A DNA stretch of 37,169 bases from Rickettsia typhi (GCA_945861605.1 CAMAVG010000001.1:1-37169), one strand, 5' to 3'; counted from the first letter of the stretch, positions 8,687-17,515 are shown. Notes: generated from the sequence alone by a model not told the origin. A program made the numbers and translations.

Positions 8687-8753
8687 TTATCTCAAATATA
8701 ATTTTATAACCCAATTAAACGCAAGTTTTTATTTTGCAAGATTTTTTTCACTT

Positions 8754-10553
8754 TTATTTGAAAAAACATTCTTGTTCAAGCAAAATGGAGTTTTTCCCGT
8801 GGGAAATGAAGGAGTCAGGAATTGTTTTGATTGCAATATTGTGTGTTGGAATATGGTTTTTGACGCATTCTTCGATAATAATTGAAGCCATGCCGCCTGT
8901 GGAATTTTCGTCCCATATTTCGATAATTTCTGCTTCCTGAATGTGTTTGAGGAGGGTTAAATCCAATGGTTTGATGAAGAACGGGTCGATTATTGTGTAA
9001 TCATGGAATTTTTCCATTTTGAGGGTTGTGCTGATCATCCTGCCGGAGGTTATGAGTAATTTGTTGTTTTGTTTTTGCTGGATTACAGTCAATTTGTGTG
9101 GTGTATATTGAACTTCTGGCAGGTTTTCAGGAATATTTTCGGGCAAATTTTCCTTTGGAATGCGAATGAATAGCGGTTTTTTTAAATTTTTTGCGTAATT
9201 CATTGCACAGTCAATGCTTGGTTTCAAAAATGTGTTGCAAATTTCGACATTTGGAATGATTCGCATGAACCCGATATCGAAAATGCCGTGGTGGGTGGGA
9301 CCATCTTCCCCTGTAAGACCCGACCTGTCAATTACAAAACAAATGGGAAGTTCTTGGAGGGCGACATCGTGGATTAGTTGGTCGTAAGAGCGTTGCAGAA
9401 ATGTGGAATAAATGAAGCAAAATGGCTTGAGACCAGCCTTGGATTGCCCTGCGGAGAATGTTACGGCGTGTTGTTCGGCGATGCCAACATCAAAAAAGCG
9501 ATTCGGAAATGCGTTTGCGAAGTTTTCAAGTGCAGAACCTTGTTTCATTGCGGGGGTGATTGCGGTGATTTTTTCATCAAGTTTTGCAATTTCAACAAGG
9601 GAATTTGAGACATATTGGCTGAGAGAAACCCCAGTGGAACTTGATTGATTGCCCGTTTCAACATTGAAGGGTTTGACGCCGTGGTACTTATCGTCGGCGT
9701 TTTCGGCGTGTGTGTAGCCTTTGCCTTTTTTGGTTATGATGTGTAATAAAACGGGTTTTGTTGCATTTTTTTTTATTATTTCAAGAATGTCAACGAGGGT
9801 TTTGATGTCGTGACCATCAACAGGACCAATGTATTCGTAGCCCAATTCTTCGAAAAAGTTCCCACCGCTGACGATTCCCTTGAATGCTTTTTGGGTTTTG
9901 GCACAGAGTTTGAAGAATTTTTGCGGGAAGTTTGAGAGAAGCTTTTTGCTTACGGCTTTGATGCTTTGGTAGCCGTGGCTCATGTAAAGTTTGGGAAGAT
10001 AGCGGCTGATTGCTCCCGTTGGTGGGGAGATTGACATGTCGTTATCGTTTAGAATTGTGATAAAGTTTCGATTGGCGTGGTCAATGTTGTTCATTGCTTC
10101 GAAAACCATGCCTGCGGAAATGGCACCATCGCCAATTATTGAAATTGTGAAGTTGTTTTGGTTGCGAAGTTTGTTTGCAGATGCCATTCCAATTCCAAGT
10201 GAAACGGAGGTTGAGCTGTGACCGGCGAAGAATGGATCGTGAATTGATTCCTTTGGGTTGGTGAAGCCGGAGAGTCCTCCAAATGAGCGAATTGTGTGGA
10301 AGTTTTGCATTCTTTCCGTGAGGATTTTGTGTGCGTAGCTTTGGTGTCCGATATCCCAGATTATGGAATCGAGTGGGGAGTTGAAGCAGTAGTGCAAGGC
10401 AACGGTTAGTTCAATAACACCAAGGGAGGCACCTAAATGACCGCCGGTTTTCGAAACTTGCTGAATAATAAATTGACGCACTTCAAGGCAAAGTGGTTCG
10501 AGTTGTGCCTTTGAAAGGTTTTTAAGATTCCGAGAATTAATATCTTCAAGCAT
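8754..10553 (-). CDS. dxs: 1-deoxy-D-xylulose-5-phosphate synthase
   Basis: 599 aa with TGGHLGASLGVIELTVALH, WDIGHQSYAHKILT and the ThDP motif IGDGAISAGMVFEAMNN. Confidence 0.95.
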   Translation of the reverse strand: MLEDINSRNLKNLSKAQLEPLCLEVRQFIIQQVSKTGGHLGASLGVIELTVALHYCFNSPLDSIIWDIGHQSYAHKILTERMQNFHTIRSFGGLSGFTNPKESIHDPFFAGHSSTSVSLGIGMASANKLRNQNNFTISIIGDGAISAGMVFEAMNNIDHANRNFITILNDNDMSISPPTGAISRYLPKLYMSHGYQSIKAVSKKLLSNFPQKFFKLCAKTQKAFKGIVSGGNFFEELGYEYIGPVDGHDIKTLVDILEIIKKNATKPVLLHIITKKGKGYTHAENADDKYHGVKPFNVETGNQSSSTGVSLSQYVSNSLVEIAKLDEKITAITPAMKQGSALENFANAFPNRFFDVGIAEQHAVTFSAGQSKAGLKPFCFIYSTFLQRSYDQLIHDVALQELPICFVIDRSGLTGEDGPTHHGIFDIGFMRIIPNVEICNTFLKPSIDCAMNYAKNLKKPLFIRIPKENLPENIPENLPEVQYTPHKLTVIQQKQNNKLLITSGRMISTTLKMEKFHDYTIIDPFFIKPLDLTLLKHIQEAEIIEIWDENSTGGMASIIIEECVKNHIPTHNIAIKTIPDSFISHGKNSILLEQECFFK

Positions 10554-10700
10554 TTGTGCTGTTTTGTTTGGAGTATTTATAATAAGTGAAAAACAAAAAG
10601 CAAATTATTTTTTTTATGATTATTCGTTTTTTGGGAAAAATCAAAAATCTTGACAACTAAAATTTACATTATTAATGTTTTGGAAATAATTACTGTGTTT

Positions 10701-11450
10701 ATGTCTGAAAATGGTGCGTCTCAAGTTCAATCCGCAAATGAAACAGAAGGTGTTTTGGCGGTTATTAAAAAGCTTTTCAGTGGCTCCGTTATGTTCGTGT
10801 TGGATGGTGTGCGGAATACTCACAAAGAAGGGCATATTTTCATTCTAATTGGCATAATTCTGACGCTTTTCGCCTATTCGCTCACAACATTTCTTGGGAA
10901 TATTTTCCTTGTGATAACCGTTTGGTGTGTGTGCTTTTTTCGTGATCCTGAACGCGTAATCCCACAACAAGCCGGAATTTTTGTTGCCCCTGCCGATGGC
11001 ATAATCACAGGTGTAATCGAAAACGAATATCTTCCCGAAGAACTTGGTGTTCATTCCGATGAAAAATTCACAAGAGTCTCAATCTTCCTCAATGTTTTCA
11101 ATGTGCATGTGAACAGAATTCCCGCAAAAGGAACAATTGAAAAGGTTTGCTATGTTCCGGGGAAATTCCTTAATGCTTCGATTGATAAATCTAGCAAAGA
11201 AAACGAACGAAATGTTTTACTCCTCAAAAATGAAGATGGCGAAACTTTTGCCGTGACACAAATCGCAGGGTTAATCGCCCGTCGAATCGTTTCCTATGCA
11301 ACACAAGGGGCGAATTACCAACGCGGCGAACGCTATGGAATTATCCGCTTTGGTTCAAGAGTCGATGTCTTCGTGCCTGCGAATTACAAAGTTTCCGTCC
11401 TGCTTGGGCAAACAATGGTTGGCGGCGAAACTGTAATTGCGTCAAAGTAA
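10701..11450 (+). CDS. psd: phosphatidylserine decarboxylase proenzyme (short alphaproteobacterial type)
   Basis: Two N-terminal TM helices, then FRDPER...APADG and the self-cleavage region IIRFGSRVDVFVP. The ORF-track start at 10650 is a TTG lying inside a TTGACA -35-like box, so I prefer the ATG at 10701. Confidence 0.85.
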   Translation: MSENGASQVQSANETEGVLAVIKKLFSGSVMFVLDGVRNTHKEGHIFILIGIILTLFAYSLTTFLGNIFLVITVWCVCFFRDPERVIPQQAGIFVAPADGIITGVIENEYLPEELGVHSDEKFTRVSIFLNVFNVHVNRIPAKGTIEKVCYVPGKFLNASIDKSSKENERNVLLLKNEDGETFAVTQIAGLIARRIVSYATQGANYQRGERYGIIRFGSRVDVFVPANYKVSVLLGQTMVGGETVIASK

Positions 11451-11455
11451 ATTAA

Positions 11456-13123
11456 ATGAACGAGTACTTCATTCGTGAACTTAAAAGCAAAATTACACTT
11501 TCCGACCTCCTCTCACGCTATATAAAAGTCACGAAAAAAGGCGGGAATTACCTTGCCTTGTGTCCTTTTCATGGGGAAAAAACGCCTTCTTTCAACATTG
11601 ATAACAACCGCGGGGCGTATCACTGTTTTGGCTGTAATGCAAGTGGGGACGCCATTTCCTTCATGCAGGAACACCTTTCGATGACATTCCCCGACGCCCT
11701 CAAGGAACTCTGTCTTTACGCCGGCGTTGAAATGCCACAACAAACTGTGCAATCTGCGGAAAGGACTGCGGCGATTAAAAAATCGCTCGATATCCTTGAA
11801 CACGCGATGGAATTCATGCGAAAAAATCTTCAAAATAACGCAAATGCAATGCGATATCTGAAATCTCGCTCAATTTCGCAAGAAACAATTGCAGATTTCA
11901 AAATTGGCTTTGGTGGTGTGGAAAAATCCTCACTTTTTAAGGAGTTACAAAAGGGATTTAGTGAGTCCGAGATTGAGAAATCAGGGCTTTGCATCAAAAC
12001 AAATTATGGAATGCTCGACCGCTTCCACAACCGCATAATTTTCCCAATTTTGTCGCATTCAGGTGCTGTGATCGGCTTTTCAGGGCGAATTTTCAACGGC
12101 GAAAAAGACACCGCAAAGTATGTCAATTCCCCTGAAACGGAGCTTTTCAAAAAGTCGCAAGTCCTTTATAATTTCCATAATGCGAGGAAATCCAAAGAAA
12201 AATTTGCGATAGTCTGCGAAGGATTTATGGATGTCATCGCGTTCCACAAAGATGGCATTACAAACGCTGTAGCCCAAATGGGGACTGCATTCACACGCGA
12301 ACACCTGCTTGCACTTTCATCGCGATTTGAAGAAATTTCGTTCTGCCTTGATTCCGATAACGCAGGCATTCTTTCGCAAAAAAGGGTGATAGAAATGCTA
12401 TTTGAAATTGTAAATGCGGAAAAAGTTTTCAGTTTTCTCGCACTCGTTGGCGAAAAAGACCCCGATGAGTTTTTGCTCAAAAATGGCACAGGTTCGCTGA
12501 AATCAAGCGTTGAAAAGCGGATTTTACTTCACGAACACGCGTGGAATTTGTGGACGAACGGCATTGATTTCCAAAACCCGATGGAAATGGTCAAGCTTGA
12601 GGGTCACATTACGGCTATTTTGGGCAAAAACCCTGTTCCGTCGGTGCAAAAACACTACGATCACTTCTTCAAAAACAAAATTTATCAATCAAAATTCATC
12701 AAAAAGCAGAAAAAAACGATCGCAGTTCATACTCAAAACGAGAAATTCCCACGCAATGAGGCGACTGCTCTTGCGTTTTTATACCAAAATTTCAACACAG
12801 TTCAGGAAACCGCAGACGACCTTGAAATGAAGTTCAAAACGCCTGAAATCCGCGAACTTGTGGAGAGGATTTTTGCGGGCGAGGATCTTTCTGAAGATAA
12901 AAACATGGAGGAGATTTTGAGCCAAAGCCTAGTTCCAGAACTTGAACCAGCCCAAATCCCTTACTACCACAAGCTTTTATACAATTCGCTTTTGCTGGAT
13001 GACATCGACGAAGAGTTGATCCAAAGCAGGCAAAATTTCGAAAAAATCGTCTTTCTTCACAAGGAAAAACAAAAAATTTTGAAGGAAATGGAGGAAATCA
13101 AGGCTTCTCTTTTCCCGCAATGA
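11456..13123 (+). CDS. dnaG: DNA primase
   Basis: Zinc-ribbon CPFHGEKTPSFNIDNNRGAYHCFGCNASGD, the RNA-polymerase core FHNRIIFPI and the TOPRIM block VCEGFMDVIA...DSDNAG. Confidence 0.95.
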   Translation: MNEYFIRELKSKITLSDLLSRYIKVTKKGGNYLALCPFHGEKTPSFNIDNNRGAYHCFGCNASGDAISFMQEHLSMTFPDALKELCLYAGVEMPQQTVQSAERTAAIKKSLDILEHAMEFMRKNLQNNANAMRYLKSRSISQETIADFKIGFGGVEKSSLFKELQKGFSESEIEKSGLCIKTNYGMLDRFHNRIIFPILSHSGAVIGFSGRIFNGEKDTAKYVNSPETELFKKSQVLYNFHNARKSKEKFAIVCEGFMDVIAFHKDGITNAVAQMGTAFTREHLLALSSRFEEISFCLDSDNAGILSQKRVIEMLFEIVNAEKVFSFLALVGEKDPDEFLLKNGTGSLKSSVEKRILLHEHAWNLWTNGIDFQNPMEMVKLEGHITAILGKNPVPSVQKHYDHFFKNKIYQSKFIKKQKKTIAVHTQNEKFPRNEATALAFLYQNFNTVQETADDLEMKFKTPEIRELVERIFAGEDLSEDKNMEEILSQSLVPELEPAQIPYYHKLLYNSLLLDDIDEELIQSRQNFEKIVFLHKEKQKILKEMEEIKASLFPQ

Positions 13124-13370
13124 CATTCCGCAGTTTGTAAAATAACACCGTTGAAGCGAAGATTAGCGTGAAAAAATTCGCGTAAAGAAGGGCGAAATCG
13201 TGCTTTAAAATTGCGTAAATCAGCCACAAAACAATGCCGATGTTCACGAAAATGAAGTAAAGCAGCGAAATTCCGTTGGTGCTTTTGGTTTTGATGGTTT
13301 TCCAGACCTGTGGAATGAAGCAAAATGTTGTGAAAGAGCCTGCAACGAAGCCGAGAATATCAATGTTCAT
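13098..13370 (-). CDS. SemiSWEET / PQ-loop family transporter
   Basis: 90 aa with three predicted TM helices and a PQ motif in TM1 (FIPQVWKTIKTKS), at the size typical of bacterial SemiSWEETs. Its 3' end overlaps the dnaG 3' end by 26 nt. Confidence 0.65.
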   Translation of the reverse strand: MNIDILGFVAGSFTTFCFIPQVWKTIKTKSTNGISLLYFIFVNIGIVLWLIYAILKHDFALLYANFFTLIFASTVLFYKLRNVIAGKEKP

Positions 13371-13597
13371 AACGATTTATTTTGAGAATTAATTTCAATA
13401 ATTGAGTTTTCGATGGCGGATATGTCGTTTTTGCATTGTTGAATTATTTGGTGTGCGGTTTTGTAGACTGAAACAATTTCGTTGATGGAGATTTCGCCTG
13501 CAATTTTTTTTGCAATTTGTTCAAGTTGTGCGATATTTTGTTCCAAAGATGCCGATTCAGATGGGCTTTCTGTGGGTTTTTCTGTCTTTTTTGCCAT
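13367..13597 (-). CDS. xseB: exodeoxyribonuclease VII small subunit
   Basis: 76-aa helical protein. LEQNIAQLEQIAKKIAGEISINEIVSVYKTAHQIIQQCKNDISAIE matches the XseB pattern (FE..l.eLE.Iv..Le...l.Lees...ye.G..L...C...L). Confidence 0.6.
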   Translation of the reverse strand: MAKKTEKPTESPSESASLEQNIAQLEQIAKKIAGEISINEIVSVYKTAHQIIQQCKNDISAIENSIIEINSQNKSL

Positions 13598-13602
13598 ATT
13601 AT

Positions 13603-16600
13603 TTACGATGAAAATGTTGTTCTGCGATAGCTTGTGTACTTGTTGATTTGTGAGAGATCGTTGGTGATTTCACAGGCTTCGTCTGTTTTTTTGATTTTGC
13701 TGGAAATGTATAATTTCATGACTTCCTTCAATCCTTTGTTGATGTCAAGGGCGGGAATGGCAAATTTGGCGATTATCTCAATTGTGGATTTGTTTTGTTC
13801 GCCAATTGTGAGGTTTCCGTAGCATACGCCGGCGGAATATGCGGTTTTGATGGTGCAGTCTTCGATTGCGAATGTTTTGTCGTTGCCGTTGAGGGAGAAA
13901 ATGAAGTTTGCTTTGGTTTTTGTGTCCTGTTCGAATGCGATTTTGAGGTAGTCGGTATCAAGTGCGGAAAGGTTTTTGTGGGCTTTTAAAAGATGTTGGG
14001 AGATGAAATCAAGGTTTAATTTTGAAAAATATGCTTCCTGAACGACGAATTTGGTTGTAAGTTTGAGTGTATTGAGGAATTCGGTGTATGTTGTTCCGCT
14101 GAATGAGACTGAGCCGCCGCCGTAAATCGCACCGCCGATGTCGGTTTGAAATGGGAGGATTGTTTTGAATTCCTCGATTGGGGCGTTGATTATCGTTGTT
14201 TGGAGGTTGAAAACTGGGATGCTGCGGCGGAGGTCGATTGTGCCGGAAAGCTTGCCTGAAAGGGGCTTTTCTGCGTTTGTGACGATTGAAGAAAATTGTG
14301 TTTCGGGGATTGTAAGAACCCCTTGCTTGAGGATGCCGAGAAGTTCGATTTTTTCGAATGGTTTGCCGAGGATCTGCGATTTTATGAGGGTGAAGTCGAT
14401 GTTTCCGTCAATTTTTTCGAAAGATGGGTATGATATGGTGTTTTTGTCGAATATGTTGCGAATGATGTTGTAGAATTTTTGCATGCTTTCAACATTTTGG
14501 ACGATTGTTTTGGAGTGAATGGTTGGTATGTTTTGTTGGATGTTGATAATCGTGGAGTTGGTGAGGGTGAAATCGGTAGTGTTGATATCAACGCTGTAGG
14601 TGATGGTGTCTTTTTGTGTGTCTTTTGTGATTGTGCCTTGGGTGATGGTGGTATCTTTGAATTTGGAGTTGATAATATTGAGGACTTTGCCGGTGTTTTG
14701 TGCGTTTTCGTTTATGACGCTCTGGAAGATTGTCATGCCTTGTGGTGTGGATATTCCGTCGATTTTGAGGTTGTTGAGGTCGGTGTTTGATATCGTGATG
14801 TTGCGAAATGATGATGGTGTGGTGTTTTCGGAGAAATGCTCCGTGAATTGTGTGGAACCTTGGAGGGAGAGGGTGTCTTGAATTTCGATTGAGACAGTGT
14901 TGATGGTTGTGGAGGGGGCTTTGTGAACGATTGAAAGGTTGACTGTGCTGGTTTCGTCTGTGATTGTTTTTGATATTTCGAAATCTGTGGCAAATTGTAC
15001 GATTTTGCTTACGATGTTTTTGTAATTGCCGTTGCCGGAGATCGAAATGTTGAGAATGCTCGTTGGATTGGATTGAATGTTGTTGATTGCACCGCTTGCT
15101 TCGATTTGAAGGTTTTCGCCGGCTTGAAGTTGGAGGGTGTGGAGGTCGATATTTTCTTTTGTGATGGTGAGGTTGGATTCGAGGTTTTTGAATAATGGTT
15201 CGTTTTGTGATGAAATATTTTTTGAGACGATTTTGATTTCAAGGGGCTTGGCTGGGTTTATGATGGAGAAAATGTTGAGGGCATGTGATTTGTTGATATT
15301 TTTTTTATTTTCCTCGGGTTTTTTGGTTTTTGTAATTGGGGGTGGTGTTTTGGTTTCGCCTATGATTTTTGATATAACTTCCGTTATGGAGATTGTTTCG
15401 AAGTTGACGGTTGCTTGGTAGGAATTTGGGGTTGTTTTGAGGGTGAAGAGTCCGATTGAATTGAGTGCGTTGATTTTCCCCTTGGAGACGCTGAATTCGT
15501 GATTGAGTGATGAGTGTTCGAAATCGAGTTGAATGGTGAGTTGTGGGAGGTTTTTGAGATATTGGGTGATTTTTGGTTTTCCGCCAAATATTGTGGTGAA
15601 TTCTTCGAGGTCGCTTATGATGAGTTCGATGTTGCCTTTGGTTTGGAAGTCTTTGGAGGCGGTGCCAAATGTTTTTTGTGTGCCGTTGATTGTGAAGTTG
15701 AATGATGGGGATTTGATTGTGGCTTCCAGTAAATGGTTGCTTTTGGTGTGGGAGTATTTGATTGTGATTGGTTTGGAGTTGGTGAGAATAGTCCCTGTGA
15801 TTGTGGATTTCTGTGGTGTATTGTGGATTTCGAGATGATCGATGGAGATGTTATCGATGATTTTGCCTTGTAGGTCTTCGACCGTGAGGGTGGTATCGGT
15901 GATTGTGATGTTTTCGAGCATTGGGGAGAACTCTTGATTGATGAGTTCGGTGAGTGTGTTTAGAATGTTGATATCATTTGTGCTTGTGATTTTGATGGTG
16001 GAATCGGATATTGTGAATGTTGCGTTTTTAAGATTGTGTTGGATGTTTGAGAACAACTTGGAGGAAAGTGATGTCGTTCCGTTGATTTCCATTGTGGTGG
16101 AATCGTTGAGTGCGATTTGCATTTGGGATTTGTGGAATATGAGTTTCTCGCGAATGGTGTATTGCATTTGTACGCCCTGTGTTTTTAGGATTTTGATTGT
16201 GCCGTTTTGAAATGTCGGAATGGATTTTGTGGTTATTCCAACTTGGCTTGCATAACCCCAAAGGGCTGAAATGAGGGCGAGTATTGCGATGAGAATGATT
16301 TTGGTTTTGTGGAAATCGATGTGATTTCCAAAAGTTTTTTTATTTTTTTTGATTGGTTTGTCAATTTTTGGTTTTTTGTGAGATATTTCCGGTTGTTCTT
16401 TGGGGCGAATCATTTGGGCGATTTTGCTACTTGTTGGTGTTTCTATGGGTGTTTCTTCTTCAGGCTCCTCTTCAAGGTTGAAGTCGTAGTCTTCGTCCGC
16501 AGCTTCCTCTTCGTTTTGTGGTTCCTCTTCAAGGTTGAAATCGTAGTCTGCATCATCAGATTCCTCTTCGTTTTGTGGTTCATCTTCAAGGTTGAAGTCG

Positions 16601-17208
16601 TAGTCTTCGTCTGCAACTTCGTCGTTTTCCTCATTTTGTTGATTAAACGATGTGGCGGATTGCATTTTGATTTCATCCATGCCGTCTAATTCGTCGAGTT
16701 CCTCCGCAAGGGTTTGTCCTGTTTCCGCTTCGGGGAGTGAATCGAAATCGTAGTCGTCTTCTGCAATTGCTTCCTCGCTTTCTTGCGTTTCCGCTTCGGG
16801 GAGTGAATCGAAATCGTAGTCGTCTTCTGTCACAATATTTTCCTCGCTTTCTTCAGTTTCCGCTTCGGGGAGTGAATCGAAATCGTAGTCTTCCTCTGTC
16901 ACAATGTTTTCCTCGTTTTCTTGCGTTTCCGCTTCGGGGAGTGAATCGAAATCGTAGTCTTCAACAGGTTCTTCTTCTTGGGTATCCTCGTCTTCGCCGT
17001 GGTGGAGGTGGAAGTCGTCAGTATCTGCGCCTTCGAGGTGTTCGGGATCGATTGGTTGATCGAAGTGAATGTCTAATTCAAAATCTTCTTCTGTATTTGG
17101 AGCAGGATTGGGCGCGATTCCCTTGCGGTTCGTGGAATTGTTGCTCACATTAAAAGAAAATTTTTTTTTTATTTTAGAAATCTTGTCTTTGGTTTTTGGA
17201 AAAATCAA
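13603..17208 (-). CDS. AsmA/TamB-like envelope protein with an acidic repeat-containing N-terminal extension
   Basis: 1201-aa ORF. About 297 aa of acidic repeats are followed by a single TM helix (KIILIAILALISALWGYA), about 880 aa of T/N/S/I-rich beta-prone sequence, and a C-terminal block (GGAIYGGGSVSFSGTTYTEFLNTLK...) resembling the AsmA C-terminal domain. The start is uncertain because the TTG at 17208 has no nearby in-frame ATG. Confidence 0.55.
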   Translation of the reverse strand: MIFPKTKDKISKIKKKFSFNVSNNSTNRKGIAPNPAPNTEEDFELDIHFDQPIDPEHLEGADTDDFHLHHGEDEDTQEEEPVEDYDFDSLPEAETQENEENIVTEEDYDFDSLPEAETEESEENIVTEDDYDFDSLPEAETQESEEAIAEDDYDFDSLPEAETGQTLAEELDELDGMDEIKMQSATSFNQQNEENDEVADEDYDFNLEDEPQNEEESDDADYDFNLEEEPQNEEEAADEDYDFNLEEEPEEETPIETPTSSKIAQMIRPKEQPEISHKKPKIDKPIKKNKKTFGNHIDFHKTKIILIAILALISALWGYASQVGITTKSIPTFQNGTIKILKTQGVQMQYTIREKLIFHKSQMQIALNDSTTMEINGTTSLSSKLFSNIQHNLKNATFTISDSTIKITSTNDINILNTLTELINQEFSPMLENITITDTTLTVEDLQGKIIDNISIDHLEIHNTPQKSTITGTILTNSKPITIKYSHTKSNHLLEATIKSPSFNFTINGTQKTFGTASKDFQTKGNIELIISDLEEFTTIFGGKPKITQYLKNLPQLTIQLDFEHSSLNHEFSVSKGKINALNSIGLFTLKTTPNSYQATVNFETISITEVISKIIGETKTPPPITKTKKPEENKKNINKSHALNIFSIINPAKPLEIKIVSKNISSQNEPLFKNLESNLTITKENIDLHTLQLQAGENLQIEASGAINNIQSNPTSILNISISGNGNYKNIVSKIVQFATDFEISKTITDETSTVNLSIVHKAPSTTINTVSIEIQDTLSLQGSTQFTEHFSENTTPSSFRNITISNTDLNNLKIDGISTPQGMTIFQSVINENAQNTGKVLNIINSKFKDTTITQGTITKDTQKDTITYSVDINTTDFTLTNSTIINIQQNIPTIHSKTIVQNVESMQKFYNIIRNIFDKNTISYPSFEKIDGNIDFTLIKSQILGKPFEKIELLGILKQGVLTIPETQFSSIVTNAEKPLSGKLSGTIDLRRSIPVFNLQTTIINAPIEEFKTILPFQTDIGGAIYGGGSVSFSGTTYTEFLNTLKLTTKFVVQEAYFSKLNLDFISQHLLKAHKNLSALDTDYLKIAFEQDTKTKANFIFSLNGNDKTFAIEDCTIKTAYSAGVCYGNLTIGEQNKSTIEIIAKFAIPALDINKGLKEVMKLYISSKIKKTDEACEITNDLSQINKYTSYRRTTFSS
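16468..16605 (-). repeat. in-frame tandem repeat, 3 copies, period 57 bp, encoding DYDFNLE(E/D)EPQNEEE
   Basis: The core (c/a)tcttcaaggttga(a/g)(a/g)tcgtagtc recurs at 16468, 16525 and 16582. Confidence 0.95.
16721..16959 (-). repeat. in-frame tandem repeat, 4 copies, period 66-69 bp, encoding DYDFDSLPEAET plus an acidic linker
   Basis: The 35-nt core gtttccgcttcggggagtgaatcgaaatcgtagtc recurs at 16721, 16787, 16856 and 16925. Confidence 0.95.
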
Positions 17209-17281
17209 GATTTTTTTTATTTAAAAATTTGCTTGACAAATTAACTTCTTTGTATTTATTTGTTATAAAATTAAAGAAATT

Positions 17282-17503
17282 TTGCAAATGGCAATTACTA
17301 TCGCAGTTCAAAACAACAAAGTTATGCAGTGTTATGCAAAGCTTAAAAAACAACTTCAACAGGATAACGTGATCCGCGTCTACAAACAAAAACGCTATCA
17401 CACAACGGCTCAACAGTTGAAAAAAGTGAAAATTTCTATGCGTGTAATGAGAGCAAAAGCCCTCAAAGTCGCACAAGCAAGAAATGTTTCTTCTGCTTCT
17501 TAA
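17282..17503 (+). CDS. rpsU: 30S ribosomal protein S21
   Basis: 73-aa basic protein. AITIAVQNNKVMQCYAKLKKQLQQDNVIRVYKQKRYHTTAQQLKK parallels the alphaproteobacterial S21 pattern (V.V.DNNV..AL..LKKK.Q.EG...E.K.R.YEKPS). Confidence 0.8.
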   Translation: MQMAITIAVQNNKVMQCYAKLKKQLQQDNVIRVYKQKRYHTTAQQLKKVKISMRVMRAKALKVAQARNVSSAS

Positions 17504-17515
17504 ACGAATTCTTAA

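Noticed and set aside
16468-16959. Regularly spaced direct repeats that superficially resemble a CRISPR array
   Set aside because: The periods are 57 and 66-69 bp and all are multiples of 3. The 'spacers' are themselves conserved between copies. Everything is in frame within a long ORF encoding acidic peptide repeats, and no cas genes are present.
13634-17153. More than twenty 60-140-aa ORFs on both strands inside the 13603..17208 region (for example 16309..16689 + and 16737..17153 +)
   Set aside because: All lie within the single long minus-strand ORF. They arise from strand-biased composition (the plus strand is G+T-rich) and from the tandem repeats. Their translations are low-complexity (V/F/L/G/C or repeated RGVNRNRS).
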